A stretch of 64,000 nucleotides of DNA from Octopus sinensis (GCF_006345805.1 NC_042997.1:179366001-179430000), one strand, 5' to 3'. Numbered from the stretch's first letter, positions 1 to 13,345 are shown. Notes: generated by a model from the letters alone, not told the origin. Made by a program: numbers and translations.

Positions 1-393
1 CTAATTTATTACATTCTGAGACAGGTCTTATCAAAAAATCAAAATAATGAAGATTAACTATTTAAGCATGAAACACAAAAATAATTTTATCGAATGTATT
101 ATGACGTCTGATGAAATGTATTAATTGTTGCTCTTGTATACAGATTCTATAAATGGAAATGTATATTTATGAGTTTCAGATAATTCTTGATAAAGAAGTA
201 CAAACTTTCACACATAAACGTATATGCATATATGTTTGTGTATGTATGTCTGTGATTAAGAGAGAATGAAAGAGGGATAGATAGAAAAAGAGAAAGAGGG
301 ATTGATTGTGTGCGTATGTGTGTTTCTCTCTCGCTATATATATATGTGTATATGTGTGGGATACGTACATATACGCAGGTTCGAATCCTTACG

Positions 394-441
<48 letters not shown>

Positions 442-475
442 CTACTGAACCTTGGGAGGGGCATTATGTATACAC

Positions 476-512
<37 letters not shown>

Positions 513-539
513 TACACACACATATATATATTTGCTTTT

Positions 540-805
540 ATTCTTTTACACTTTTACTTGTTTCAGTGATTTGACTGTGGTCATGTTGGAGCAACTCCTT
601 TACTCGAACGTAGTACTCATTCTGTCGTGCTCTTTTGACGAACCGCTAATTTACGGGGAATTAAACAGAGGCATACACATATATATATATATATATCCAC
701 TCACAAGGCTTTGGTCGGCCCGAGGCTATAGTAGAAGACACCCAACTCAGAACCATGTGGTTGGGAAGCAAGCTTCTTACTACACACACAAGCCTGCACC
801 TATCT
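540..805 (-). mobile_element. SINE family B, internally deleted copy
   Basis: Blocks tttacttgtttcagtgatttgactgtggtcatg and cactcacaaggctttggtcggcccgaggctatagtagaagacac are reverse complements of parts of the full copy at 30878-31280. Confidence 0.8.
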
Positions 806-806
806 A

Positions 807-845
<39 letters not shown>

Positions 846-1588
846 GTGTGTGTATGTGAATGTGTGTATGCACACACACAATATATATATATATATCCCC
901 ACATACGCACATACATACACCTATCCACACACAAACACACTCACACAAACACATACATATTTACACAAATACTCTTCCTCTCTACCTCACACACACAAGA
1001 TCGAATACAAGACTAAAAGTTTTTAAAGGAAATATCTAAATAATACAATAATAATTGTGAAAATACAGAAATTAAGAAGAAAAATGATTTGAATTTTAGA
1101 GATATTGAAAGCCAGATTGTTATGAAATCTGATGTTCGGTTATGTAACAGATACAAGTAATATGTAAGTTGGTGATGCTGGTTTTAATCCAGAAACTTCT
1201 AATTTATTACATTCTGAGACAGGTCTTATCAAAAAATCAAAATAATGAAGATTAACTATTTAAGCATGAAACACAAAAATAATTTTATCGAATGTATTAT
1301 GACGTCTGATGAAATGTATTAATTGTTGCTCTTGTATACAGATTCTATAAATGGAAATGTATATTTATGAGTTTCAGATAATTCTTGATAAAGAAGTACA
1401 AACTTTCACACATAAACGTATATGCATATATGTTTGTGTATGTATGTCTGTGATTAAGAGAGAATGAAAGAGGGATAGATAGAAAAAGAGAAAGAGGGAT
1501 TGATTGTGTGCGTATGTGTGTTTCTCTCTCGCTATATATATATGTGTATATGTGTGGGATACGTACATATACGCAGGTTCGAATCCTT

Positions 1589-1650
<62 letters not shown>

Positions 1651-1683
1651 TACTGAACCTTGGGAGGGGCATTATGTATACAC

Positions 1684-1739
<56 letters not shown>

Positions 1740-1759
1740 ACACATATATATTTGCTTTT

Positions 1760-2005
1760 ATTCTTTTACACTTTTACTTGTTTCAGTGATTTGACTGTGG
1801 TCATGTTGGAGCAACTCCTTTACTCGAACGTAGTACTCATTCTGTCGTGCACTTTTGACGAACCGCTAATTTACGGGGAATTAAACAGAGGCATACACAT
1901 ATATATATATATATATCCACTCACAAGGCTTTGGTCGGCCCGAGGCTATAGTAGAAGACACCCAACTCAGAACCATGTGGTTGGGAAGCAAGCTTCTTAC
2001 TACAC
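1760..2005 (-). mobile_element. SINE family B, internally deleted copy (duplicate of 540-805)
   Basis: Same sequence as 540-805, inside the tandem duplication. Confidence 0.8.
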
Positions 2006-2959
2006 ACACAAGCCTGCACCTATCTATCTATATATATATATATATAATATATATATATATATATAGCTGTATATACCATTCCTTGAATATATACCATTCC
2101 TTGAATAAAAAATGCATGATCAAGACTGACTAGCACTCAGGTGCAAAATATAAGTTACGTTACGCTAGGATGGTAATGATATCTCTACATCTTACGAGAA
2201 AACATTTCACTTGACTTCTTGTGATACGTTTCTAATACCTTGACGAAAAGTTTGAACATCGCATCTTTGCTTTTACTTCCTCACCATTTCCCCCTTCCTG
2301 CTTCTTCACTGCTTCCTTTACTCCATCTTCCAAAATATAGTGTTTCATGTTTCGTCTAAGTGGGTCACAATTACGCGCGTCAATCTGTTGCTAATATCAC
2401 TCGCTATGTAGAGGATTTTAGTGAGATTTGGTTCATACATTAATTTATCCTATTTGCATTCCGCGAAAGGCAATTATCAGTTCTTGTCAAATCCTCCCTG
2501 TCAATATATTTATGAATATATTATTATTGTGAATAAAGCTTTATGATTTTGTAATATTTCAGAAAATGAGTGAAATCTATTTTCAAATCTGACGAAATGT
2601 AACACCACTAAACTGATATGATAGTTTCTATGATGCGATCATTACACTTGAATATTGCTTCTATTTATGCAACCTGATGGCATTTGATAACATTTAGAAA
2701 ACAAAAACTAAATCATCTCTTATTGGAAGATTAACCAATTTTTTATATAATTTTTTTTTGTGTGTGTATCACTATATGAAAACCTATTACTAATATGTAT
2801 CTGTTTGTGCATATGCGTATGTGAGCTTTCATATATATATATATATGTTTGTGCGTGTGTATGCACATACATACATACATATACACACTTTTAGCGGTGA
2901 GTCGTGAATGAAACTACAGAACTCAGTTAGCAAAGAGCAATTTAGTAGAACTTGACCAA

Positions 2960-3130
2960 AAGAATCTTATGATATTTCGTTTTGTTCTTTTACGTTTTGA
3001 GTTCGAATTTGCAGGGAGAGCTCAATTACGAATTCCATCGATAAGATAAGTACCAGTTAAGTGCTAGAGCCGATAAAATTGACTGTGACCTCTCTGCGAA
3101 AGTGGTGGCATTGTGTCTGTGATAGAAATC
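2960..3130 (+). mobile_element. Degenerate SINE family A (tail type 2)
   Basis: ttacgttttgagttcgaattt...gataagataagtaccagttaagtgc...ttgtgtctgtgatagaaat resembles the family A body and second tail. Confidence 0.6.
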
Positions 3131-3609
3131 AATAATTATGCAAAGTATTGACGCCAGGCTGCTAACTTAGCAATTATATGATTGGATCAACTGTTGTATA
3201 AAAAAAAAAGGTTATGTTGCTAAAGTTTATTAGAAAATGAATTCTGTGGAATTGGTATATTGAATAAATAATTGTTATACCATTTAATACATAATCGCTC
3301 AATGCTTTGGATTAGAGCACTATCGTCCATGGCTTGTATATATTGTTTTGGCTTTAAAAGTCCCAGCATTAACGAACCATTTCACAAACAGAACAACTAG
3401 GAAGTTACAAATAGACAAATATATAAACATGAAGACCAGCAGACCAAGGAACCCGACCTTCTAGATACAATAGACATGTATTCTTTAAATTGTACCATGA
3501 ATACTCAGAAATATAATAATACATTGGATAACATAGTCACAGATAAACTAGGAATTGGATATCCAGGGCTGGAACATCTCTTATTCTAAAGGATTGACCA
3601 CTACCATCG

Positions 3610-3654
<45 letters not shown>

Positions 3655-3671
3655 TGACTACTGCTGTTGCT

Positions 3672-3866
3672 GTTGTTGTTAAGCAACAAGACGGGTAAGA
3701 GTGATTAGGTGATGGTCTGGGGCTTAGGGGCGGGAGACCCCAGACCTTGGGAAAAATAACTGGTCGTCTTGTTGTAGTCGAGGGCTTTTTGTTGACACCC
3801 GACACCACTGGGAGGTGGCCCTCGAAGTCGCTGGAAATGGAGATATCCAGGTCCAAAATCTTGAAC
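3672..3866 (-). mobile_element. GC-rich structured ~200-bp dispersed element, copy 1, with (AAC)n-like tail
   Basis: Clear homology over its full length to 25606-25800; both ends abut trinucleotide repeats. Strand is inferred from the tail. Confidence 0.75.
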
Positions 3867-5475
3867 GGCTGCTGCTGCTACTTATACTACTACTCGAGAT
3901 CTAGGGACCTTAGTCATCAGGTTATTAATTTATCTGTTTCTGCTTGCGCAACACTACGTCAGCAATGTATCCCGGCTGTATCATCGCTTTAAACCCAATA
4001 AAGTCTGTTACCGGTGTAGGTAACACTTTTCATTTCGTATTTCATCATTCTTATCTACTTCACCTTATGATTTAATTAAGAGAATATTACTAACATGCCT
4101 AAAAGATTCCATGAATATGCTGAAACAGTGTCTATTTATATGAAAACAATTCTAAACATGGACCTGTAATGTAATGTGTACACGTCTCATATACATTACT
4201 ACATGACTTCGTATTCGTCCGGGTCTTGTATATTTAGAAGGCACAGAAGAAATGACATTTGAATTTGCCAATCTCATGTGGCGTCCGAACAATGCATGAA
4301 CGTGAGCGAGCCTAATTGTTTTCGATTCATATCGCATCAAATTTGAAAAATAAAAACAAAAAAAAAAAAACCCAAATATTATTACAAGAAAAAAAAGAAA
4401 AAAAAAACTAAATGAAAACTATATGGCTATGGTTTGAATGCCTTTGATTATAGGTTTGCTTCATCATGGCTGACCCGCAGCTGAACTCTGAGAACCGAAT
4501 AATCTTTTGTTTAAAGCAATTGTGGGAAAGGTTTTTTTTTTCTTATTGTTTGGCGATAAACGTTAACCGAAGTTAAGAAAATCAAGTTAGCAAAGTAGTG
4601 ATGCCAGAGACGGGGATTAATATATAGTGTTGCGTTCAACAGAAAGAAAAAAATAGCGAGTAAGATAATAAACAGAGAGAGAAAAGATAGAGAGAAGGTA
4701 AGCGGCTGTCATCTAGTGATGTGTGGTAAAATCCCCAAACTTAATAACACCTATCATATCCTTTATCCTTGAGCAACGCACGTAGATCTTCTGATCCATG
4801 TATTTATTATGTGAACATTTGTTATCACCCTTCCTAGACGAGAATGAAAGAGGAGAGAGGAGAGTAAGATAAAGAGAGAGTAGGAGGAGAAACACCAGAC
4901 GTTGATATATTTTCACGCTACAAAATATGACGTTAAGCAATTTTTCCAACCAGTCATAGAGACTAGGATGGAATAGGATTTAGCTTTAGGAATTCTACAT
5001 CAGCTATAGAATTCCTTAAATACTGAGGTTTATTTTCCAGGGAATGAAACAAAGTATCTAATTGTGTTTTATACACATGGTTTGTATTTTACTTCTTGGA
5101 TTATTCAATGTGAATTATGAAATATTCATTGAGCTTAAAGAATTAACAATTCATCCATAAAATATTGAAAGCTAAAAAACAATGTTTCAGATATATACAG
5201 GCGTACGTACGCGTACACATATAAGTATGTATACTTGCATAAATATATGCAATCTCACACACATACACACAAACATTTTTATCTAAGTTTATATATATAT
5301 ATATATATATGTGTGTGTATGTGTGTGTGTGTGTGTCTATGCGTGTATATGTAACTATATGTGTGTGTGTGAGTTGCTGAGATTAGTCGAGCACGTGGCG
5401 TTCCGGTTTAATCGAAGACGTTCTTACCAATTACGTTAAATTATCCTGAGAAACCGAGCTGTTCCTCAGAATGGG

Positions 5476-5523
<48 letters not shown>

Positions 5524-6058
5524 AACAATTTGAGGAAAATCATTGGATTGTCAATAGAATATCTCTATATTTAATTTATCTTTATATATATATATATATA
5601 ATATGTATGTATACATACGTATACGTACATACTTACATGTGTACGTATATATATATGCATATGTGGGCATAGGACGTCACAAAACGTAAACAACAGAAAA
5701 TACGAAGTACGAGGACATGGAATATGAACATTCTTTGCGAGCAACGAAAGAAACAAATGGAAAACAAGATAAACAACACAGTGAACGACCCCTCATCAGT
5801 TGTCGGCATATTTCCAGCATTTCACAAGATACACCTTCGATAAAACTGTTGCTATTACTTATTTGTTGGCCTTGTGCCAAAATTTGAAACCAATATATAT
5901 CTCGCGATCATAAAGTCGTTCATTTCAATCCGGGTAGGAGCGGCGCAGTCTCAGCATAGTTTCAGCTGATTACTCATTCAGCCTTAATCCTCGAAAAATC
6001 TTATGCAAGCAACCAGTCCATGCACAGTTGCGAACAGTAGCTAGGAAAGCAACGTATA

Positions 6059-7245
6059 CAGTGTCCCGAAATTAAGGCAAGCATAATTTCAGGTTTTAAT
6101 AACTATCAATAAATGTGATATCTGGGAAGAGTAATTGTCTTTTTGTGTCTTTTTAACACACTCACCGGTAAAATTTCCACTTATTTCTTAATTTTATTTT
6201 CCTAAAATTTTCGTTGCGTCTTGCCATCTTTTCAATAGTCTTGACTCTTGTTAAATTATACGGCACAAAAAGAAAACCACTCTCCCCAGACACAACAGAA
6301 TATGCTTCAACACACGAACTCACGTAAAGAATCTTGCAAACCAAATCCAAAAACGAAATAAATGTGATAAAATATGAAAATTATACATCATTATAAAAGC
6401 TTAGTGTGTCTTTTGGTTTCAGACTAAATAAATTCAGATTTATAAATTGGATAATGGCTGTAGACAGAAATACAATCATAACTCTCTACAGAGGAGGTGA
6501 AAGTAATACAACTATACCAAAAGAGCTAAAAATCAACCGAAAAACAGTCTAGAAGATTGTCAAGAAATTTTCAGAGACTGGTTCCACCAGTGATCAACCT
6601 GGACGTGACTGAAAAAGAAGTGTGCGGACAACTCAAATTATCAAAAGCACAAGAGAAAAGATCCAGCGAAATCCTTGTCGTTCCGTAAGAAAACTGGCTG
6701 CCACCATAAAAGTATGACGAACATGGATATACCGAGAGCTGAAGGAGGATCTCAGAACCTATTCCTACACGATGATTCACTATCAGGAGCTCACACAAGT
6801 TTATAAGGCCATGAGACTGAAGAGAAGTCTTATCTACTTTCAGGTTGCTGAAAGCATGCTGCCCAACCTGGTGTTCAGTGATGTAAAGAAATTTGACATC
6901 AAAAAAACAGTAAAGACTTTGGAGTATATCTGGCTCAACGTCAAAATTCGCAGTCAGTACTGGTTTGTGTGGCTGTGACAGCCAATGGAAAGTCTCCTCT
7001 AGTTTTTGTGCCTTCGGGTGTGAAAATTAACAGCCAGTGATACGTTAGTGACATTCTGGCAGCTGAACTGCATCCTTGAGTGAATGAGCACTTTCAAGGC
7101 GCACCTTGGAGCTTCTAGCAGGGCTCCGCACCAGCCCACAGTTCGAAACAGAAACAACACATCATTCAGAAAAAATATTCCGCCGTTCATAGGTAAGGAT
7201 ATATGGCTCTCAAGCAGCCCCGATCTCAACCCGTTAGATTTTTTT
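6059..7245 (+). mobile_element. Decayed Tc1/mariner element, DD37D (maT)-like transposase pseudogene, 3' truncated
   Basis: TA then CAGTGTCCCG at 6057-6068 resembles a TIR start. From ATG 6454: MAVDRNTIITLYRGGESNTTIPKELKINRKTV*KIVKKFSETGS (paired-like HTH), then NLVFSDVKKFDI, AVTANGKSPLVFVPSGVKINSQ and FIGKDIWLSSSPDLNPLDF, with several stops and frameshifts. Confidence 0.88.
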
Positions 7246-7269
7246 ATACATGCTTGTACACACACATAT

Positions 7270-7450
7270 ATCTATACGCAACCATGTCTTCAAAATGGAC
7301 CAAGCAGAAAAATCCAACGGGTTGAGATCGGGGCTTTTTGAGGGACATATATCCTTACCTATAAACGACGGAATATTTCTGAATCCAATGTTGTTTCTGA
7401 TTGTAACTGTAGGCTGGTACGGAGCCCTACTAGAGGCTCCAAGGTGCGTG
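7270..7450 (-). mobile_element. Inverted fragment of the same maT-like transposase (catalytic C-terminus)
   Basis: Minus-strand translation FIGKDICPSKSPDLNPLDFSAWSILKTWLR; reverse complement of 7100-7244. Confidence 0.88.
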
Positions 7451-7589
7451 TGTATAGTCAATATATTCCCTTCCATATCGGGTTACTTTGAGGAGCGTAC
7501 GGTTATATAATCAGATTATTACCTAACACTCCATTGTACTTCTAGCACGAAACCTAGTGGTAAGTTCACCCGTGATAGGTATATAATAC

Positions 7590-7780
7590 GGTACATTTCG
7601 GATAATATATATATGTATGTATATACACGCACATACATACAGAGACACGCTCACACACATGCATGCACGTACACACATATGCGCACACATGGATACACAC
7701 ATACATGCACACACACACACACTCTCACTTATTCTCCCTCACACACCCACACACACACACATATGCATACATACATGTAT
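7590..7780. repeat. (TA)/(CA) compound microsatellite
   Basis: Directly visible. Confidence 0.9.
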
Positions 7781-8344
7781 AAAAGTCGACATTTCAGCCT
7801 GTTCCACAACAGGAGTGTTATTAAAAGAAATGGCTTTATTTCAAATAGAGCAAATTTGTACAGAAACTACCACACCCACTCCTTTCTAATTGTGCTAACT
7901 GATCCGGTGACTGCGTGTGTCACGTGTTTGACAGATACAAATTAATGTGCAAAGAGGAAACTAGGGATGCAAAGCTCAAATACACCGATGCTAATCGCGC
8001 TTCTTGCCGCTTTCCATATCATATATGAAGTTTCTCTGCTGAGGTTCGTCTAATAGTATCAATTATGTGTGTAAATAAATAACTGCCACTACTAAGAACA
8101 CACATGTTAAACCACCTTGCAAATTCATAATTTCATTAGGTTTACTTCTGTTCAGTCATGTGTCGAAATATCCTTCGAGGCTCTCTATTGTAAATTTTCC
8201 AAGATATTACACGCCTGTCCTACAAGGTCATTGACCCTGTGTTCGACTCACATGTTGTTGAGAGTTGGCCTCGTTTGGAATATAGCAAGCCACGCTCTGC
8301 TTCCAATCAGACCATATAATAGCGGTGGCTCATATACCAATGAC

Positions 8345-8680
8345 ACGACCATGTGTATGTATGAATGTATGATTGCATATATGTATGTATGTATAATTGC
8401 ATATATGTGTGTATGTATGTGCATACATACTTATACATATATATATTATATATATATATATGTAAGTATATATATATATGTATTATGTTTCTGAATATGT
8501 TTTTATGTGTGAATGTACATATGTATGTATGTGTGTGCGTATGTGTGTACGTATGTATGTATATATGTACATATGTATGTACGTATGTATGTATTATGTA
8601 CATATGTATGTATGTACGTATGTAAGTACGTATGTATGTACGTATGTACGTATGTATGTATGTATGTATGTATGTATGAA
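8345..8680. repeat. (TATG)n/(TA)n compound microsatellite
   Basis: Directly visible. Confidence 0.95.
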
Positions 8681-9134
8681 TGTATGGTATTCTGTGGCCA
8701 AAAATAATTTGACTATGATGAAATACATTAGCGAAGACAGAAAGAACGAATTTTTCTCACCGGTTTTAAGCTTTTCGTTGTTATAAGTATTAAAAGTAAT
8801 ATGATTTCAGTGTAGAGATTTTATCGAACAGCCAAGAGTTGTGTAATTCTATTCCCGTCATAACATAATGTATATTCCGTTAAGAATCCTTGGCGTCTGT
8901 CTATGGTTATTATAGAGATTATGTGGTTGTTCTTGTTGATGTTTCTGTTGCTGCTGAAGGTGTTGGGGTTGATGTTGATGTTGTTGTTGTTGTCGGTTAT
9001 GTTGGTATTGGTGGTGGTGGTGGTGGTGTTTACTTTAGGAAACACATTCACGTCTGAATATCAATATATATTTACTCCGGCTTTCATAATCATATATGTA
9101 TACAACCATACACACTCTGGTACGGAGTGTGTAC

Positions 9135-9500
9135 GATTACATACACACACACACACACACACACATACTCATATATATATACATACATATATATATATAT
9201 ATACATATACTTACATATATATATACACATATATATACATATACACATATATATACATACATATACACATATATATACATACATATATATACATATACAC
9301 ATATATATATATACATATACTTACATATATATACACATATATATACATATACCCATATATATATATATATATACATATACACATATATACACACACACAT
9401 ACATATAGATACATATATACATTTACATACATATATACATACACATATACATACATATATACATACATATCCACATACATACATATACACATACATTCAC
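9135..9500. repeat. (TA)n/(TACA)n compound microsatellite
   Basis: Directly visible. Confidence 0.95.
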
Positions 9501-10488
9501 CCTCACATAAGCAGTTATCTCTCTATTTACTTCTCTATCTATCGATTTAGCACTGAATATATATACACATACATATACAGAGAGATAGATAAGCAGATAG
9601 ATACATACATACATCAGTATATATGTGAGAGTATGTATATAAGTATATCCTTAACTCTATGGTCAGGTATTTGGCCATATACTTTATACGCATTTAGAAA
9701 TAAATTGCTTTAGATTTTCACTTTTTCCTGTCTCATATTTAACTCATATATCAATACAATTTACGCAAAGAGTTGCACACATACACTCACATGCGCACGC
9801 GCTTATTTATATATATATATAAAAAAAAAGCGATGGGAATTAGGCAGTACAGAAATATTGGTGTGCGTTGATATATTTATTCCAAGAATAGCATTGCAAC
9901 CAAAACCCCAAGTAGTGACGAAGTGCAGTTTTTGTTTGATGAAAAAAACACAATACAACAGAGATCTCCACACCTCAGGCAACTGGGCACGCGTCTTCTA
10001 TTAAAGAATGGGGATGACAAACATTTTATTCATAATATATAAGAGAGAGTGAGAGAGTATGCTTGTGTATGTATCGCTCTGTGTGCGAATACTTGTGCGT
10101 CGATGGCGGCTCGACAATTCAGATATAACTCATATGATCAACACGTTGAAATACGTAGTGGGTTCGATACGATCGATCGACGTCTATGTAGCTGTGACTC
10201 AGCTCGGCAGTAGCTCAATCGGTTGCAATGATATAAGAATAAAAATGTATTTTAATGTCTGCCTTCAATTGTTTTCATGTTTTGTTTCAGATCCATTATT
10301 CTATAATAAATACGTTGTGTTATAATATAAACCACGAGAGATACTCTAATTTTATGTATTTAAATCTTTCGGGTACTGTGGAAAACTATGGCAAAAATAC
10401 TTTCCTGTATTTGGGAAATATCAGTGTCTGCGTGTGTATGTGTGTGTGTGTATGTGTGTGTTTATGTGTGTGTTTATGTGTATATTTA

Positions 10489-10519
<31 letters not shown>

Positions 10520-10594
10520 TATATATATATATATATATACACACACATATGTAAGTATATGCATATATATGTATATATATATATATATGTGTGT

Positions 10595-10810
10595 GTGCGT
10601 GTGTGACCGCGTGTGTATCGTTGGTGTTTTTCTTTCTCCGTCTTCCCTTCGTTGGACCTTTCCTTTATTCGATGTTTCGGACGAAGAGCCCCGCTCGAAA
10701 CGTTAAATCCTCCTTCTTTCTTTCCTTTCCTGAGCGTCCAATAACACTATACTTGTTCCACGACCTCGCGTTGTTGTGTTTTCTCTTTGTTCATGTTTGG
10801 AGTAACTATG
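10595..10810 (+). mobile_element. Penelope-like element terminal (pLTR-like) fragment with hammerhead-like motif
   Basis: gaagagc-ccc-gctcgaaacgttaaa...tttcctgagcgtccaataacact...ttgtt is shared with the inverted fragment at 36940-37140; the xxGANGA...CGAAACG signature is typical of Penelope-like ends. Confidence 0.65.
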
Positions 10811-11403
10811 TAAATATATATAATATATATATGTATATATGTATATATATATATATGTGTGTGTGTGTGTATTTATATATATATGTATGTATGTATAAGC
10901 TTTATTTTATTACCGCTAATTATTTTAGTATAAAACCTAGAGAAGAATCCGCTTTTAAGAAGCATACATTCTTCACATTTTCACACCTTATCCGCAGATT
11001 CAAGAGAGTGGCTGCTTTTTTTTTATGCTAAAGACAAACTTAAGATGACAGATTCTACGTGACATGATTTTTCCAGCCCTTAAAATTAATGTGATCGACG
11101 CCTGCAGGTCTGCAAGTGGAAACGAAATCTGAAGATGAACATCAGGGCATCTTGGCTTTGTATAAGATCGTATTATAAAGCTGCCGAGTGGGTTTACTCG
11201 TGTGACTTATTAAACACTAATGCTGTCGTTGCCTTCTCGGTGCGTCTTTACTGTCACTCAATATTATTCAAGTCTTTTTCAAAGATGTCCTCAGCATATG
11301 TTGTATTACATTTCTTCCCACATTGAATATGTTGAGTACCTGTCTGTCTCTCCTCTACTCTCCTCTCTGGTTTTTCTCTCTCTCTCCTTATTTGTATACA
11401 CAC

Positions 11404-11436
<33 letters not shown>

Positions 11437-11487
11437 AATATATATATTATATATATATATATATCAGACACAGACACACTCATATGA

Positions 11488-11520
<33 letters not shown>

Positions 11521-12814
11521 TACATGGGGTGTGTGAAAGCGAGCAAGTATTTATATAACCCACCATCATTCCAGCATATGTTTGACTGTTATTTATAACA
11601 TAACCACTATTAATCACCAGAAGAGGCGACTGAATACTTTTTTTCTGTTCGATGATGATTCTGTAGTATTTGACTAACGCAGCGATGCCTATTTTAATAG
11701 CACTCACACTTTTATTAAAATTATCAGTCCCAATATAAAATCATATCACTCTAAAAGCAAAATATAATTTAAAACTTTCTATGTATTAAATGTTTCAAAG
11801 GAGCTGTGCTTTTCTATATGACAGCTCTCGATTCCTCAGCGGGGTTCTTCAATCCTGATGGATTTCTAAACAAGCCAATCCACATAAATGGTGTGTCTTG
11901 GTTATTTTGAAGCTGGTGGAATATAAGCGACTTCTCCCTGTGAGATATATTACAAATGGTACGAATAAAATGACAAAATTCTTAAATTTATACACATCTC
12001 AATATCTAAATGTATGTATGTATGTACGTATGCATGAATGTAAGTTGGTTATGCTGTCATATTTAGGTGTGTTCTGTATTTTTCGACACACAAATTTTCT
12101 TTATTTAAAGGTTCTGGAACAGAAATTTCTTTACACTGTTAAATAGGGGAAAACTGTGAAATTTGGTTCCAGATTCCCTGCACATCTACTAAATTTCACC
12201 ACTCTGTTCTATTCGTATGTCGAGCGAAGACGACGCCACCTTTTTCCTTTCTTCTTTACTAGTCTGCTCCGTGCATTCCTTACTCTTTCCCTACCTTCTA
12301 CACTAGCAACCAGCGATCGTACTTTTCACTGCCACCACAATTAACGTATTTTCCGGTATATAAGACGCTATTTGTTTTGTTTTGCCTTCATGTTTTGATA
12401 ATTTTAGTTTTAATCTAATAAAGACTTTTATATTGAAGAAATGTGATTGTTGTTGATTGTAGTAAGATAAAATCATGAGAAAAACAACACATCTCAGAGT
12501 CGTAAAATAAGGCATTTTGAAACTACATATGCATCAACAACAAAAATGCTAGCTACGGACTCGTAGCTCTGTACATCTTTTAAACACCGGTGCACTTTAT
12601 GTATGGATAAAACACCGATATCGGGAAAACGAATAAATATATGTAAATATTATTTCTTCCTTCTTGGTGTTGATTCTTCGATGTTTACTGGTTACTCCGA
12701 CACGAGAACCAAAGTGTGTAATATGCAACACAGACAGTAAATAAAAAATAAAATAGAACAGACTGGTGATATTTAGTAGAGATGACCCGGAAGTTGTTCC
12801 TCTTCGATTACTAT

Positions 12815-13015
12815 CACATTCAGCAGTAGCTTTCTTCAGTTGAATACACGTCGTTGATTGGCTGAAGTTATACAAATACGACAACTTTAACGCGAAATAA
12901 ATCCTAACATAACAAATTATATCAAAAATGTTCAAAGTAAACCGTGTTCTGCGTGAGACATTCCACCAGTAAACGAAGTTTCAAAATGTTTAGTTAAAAA
13001 AAATGAATTAAAATA
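12815..13015 (+). repeat. Unclassified dispersed repeat (homologous to 30375-30570)
   Basis: cagcagtagctttcttcagttgaatacacgtcgttgattggctgaa...cgaagtttcaaaatgtttagtt aligns by eye with cagcagtaattttattcagttgaatacacgtcattgattggttgaa...cgaagtttgaaagtgtttagtt. Confidence 0.7.
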
Positions 13016-13019
13016 TTTC

Positions 13020-13345
13020 ACAGATCCGAAGCACTTTGAGCAAGTGACTTCTGCTATAGTCCACCGCCCACCAAAGACTTGTCAGTGGATTTTGTCAACG
13101 GAAATTGAACGAATCCCGTCGTATATATATATATATATATATGAAGTATATGTATGAATATCATTGTGTTTGTGTTTGTCCTCATCACCGGTTGATACAG
13201 GTTGCTGGTTTGTTTATCTCCCGACCCTTATGAAATATGTACCAGACCTAAACAATAAGTAAGTCCAGGAATAAATTCGCTTTATCAATCCCTTCAAGGT
13301 GGTACACCTCGCAGTCCAAAGACAGAAGAAACGAAAAGATAGAAT
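13020..13345 (+). mobile_element. Degenerate SINE family B
   Basis: ttgagcaagtgacttctgctatag...cccgtcgtatatat...tgtgtttgtcc...aataagtaagtcc follows the family B layout. Confidence 0.7.

Larger units (their letters stand above)
1..2062. repeat. Near-identical tandem duplication, unit about 1198 bp
   Basis: Position 1 (ctaatttattacattctgag) recurs at 1199. The copies match until the (TA)n tract near 860/2060, apart from microsatellite length and one noticed substitution (gtgctctttt vs gtgcactttt). ORF pairs 176/1374 are identical. Confidence 0.95.

Noticed and set aside
4238-4302. Plus-strand exon-like segment (tatatttag|...|gtgagc)
   Set aside because: Stop codons in all three frames and no linked exons; at most a non-coding exon.
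8230-8330. Minus-strand exon candidate IIWSDWKQSVACY with a gtgagt donor
   Set aside because: No credible acceptor, and the resemblance to YWTD repeats is too short to support.
8880-9040. Poly-Q/H frame on the minus strand
   Set aside because: Short low-complexity (CAA/CAC) tract bounded by stops.
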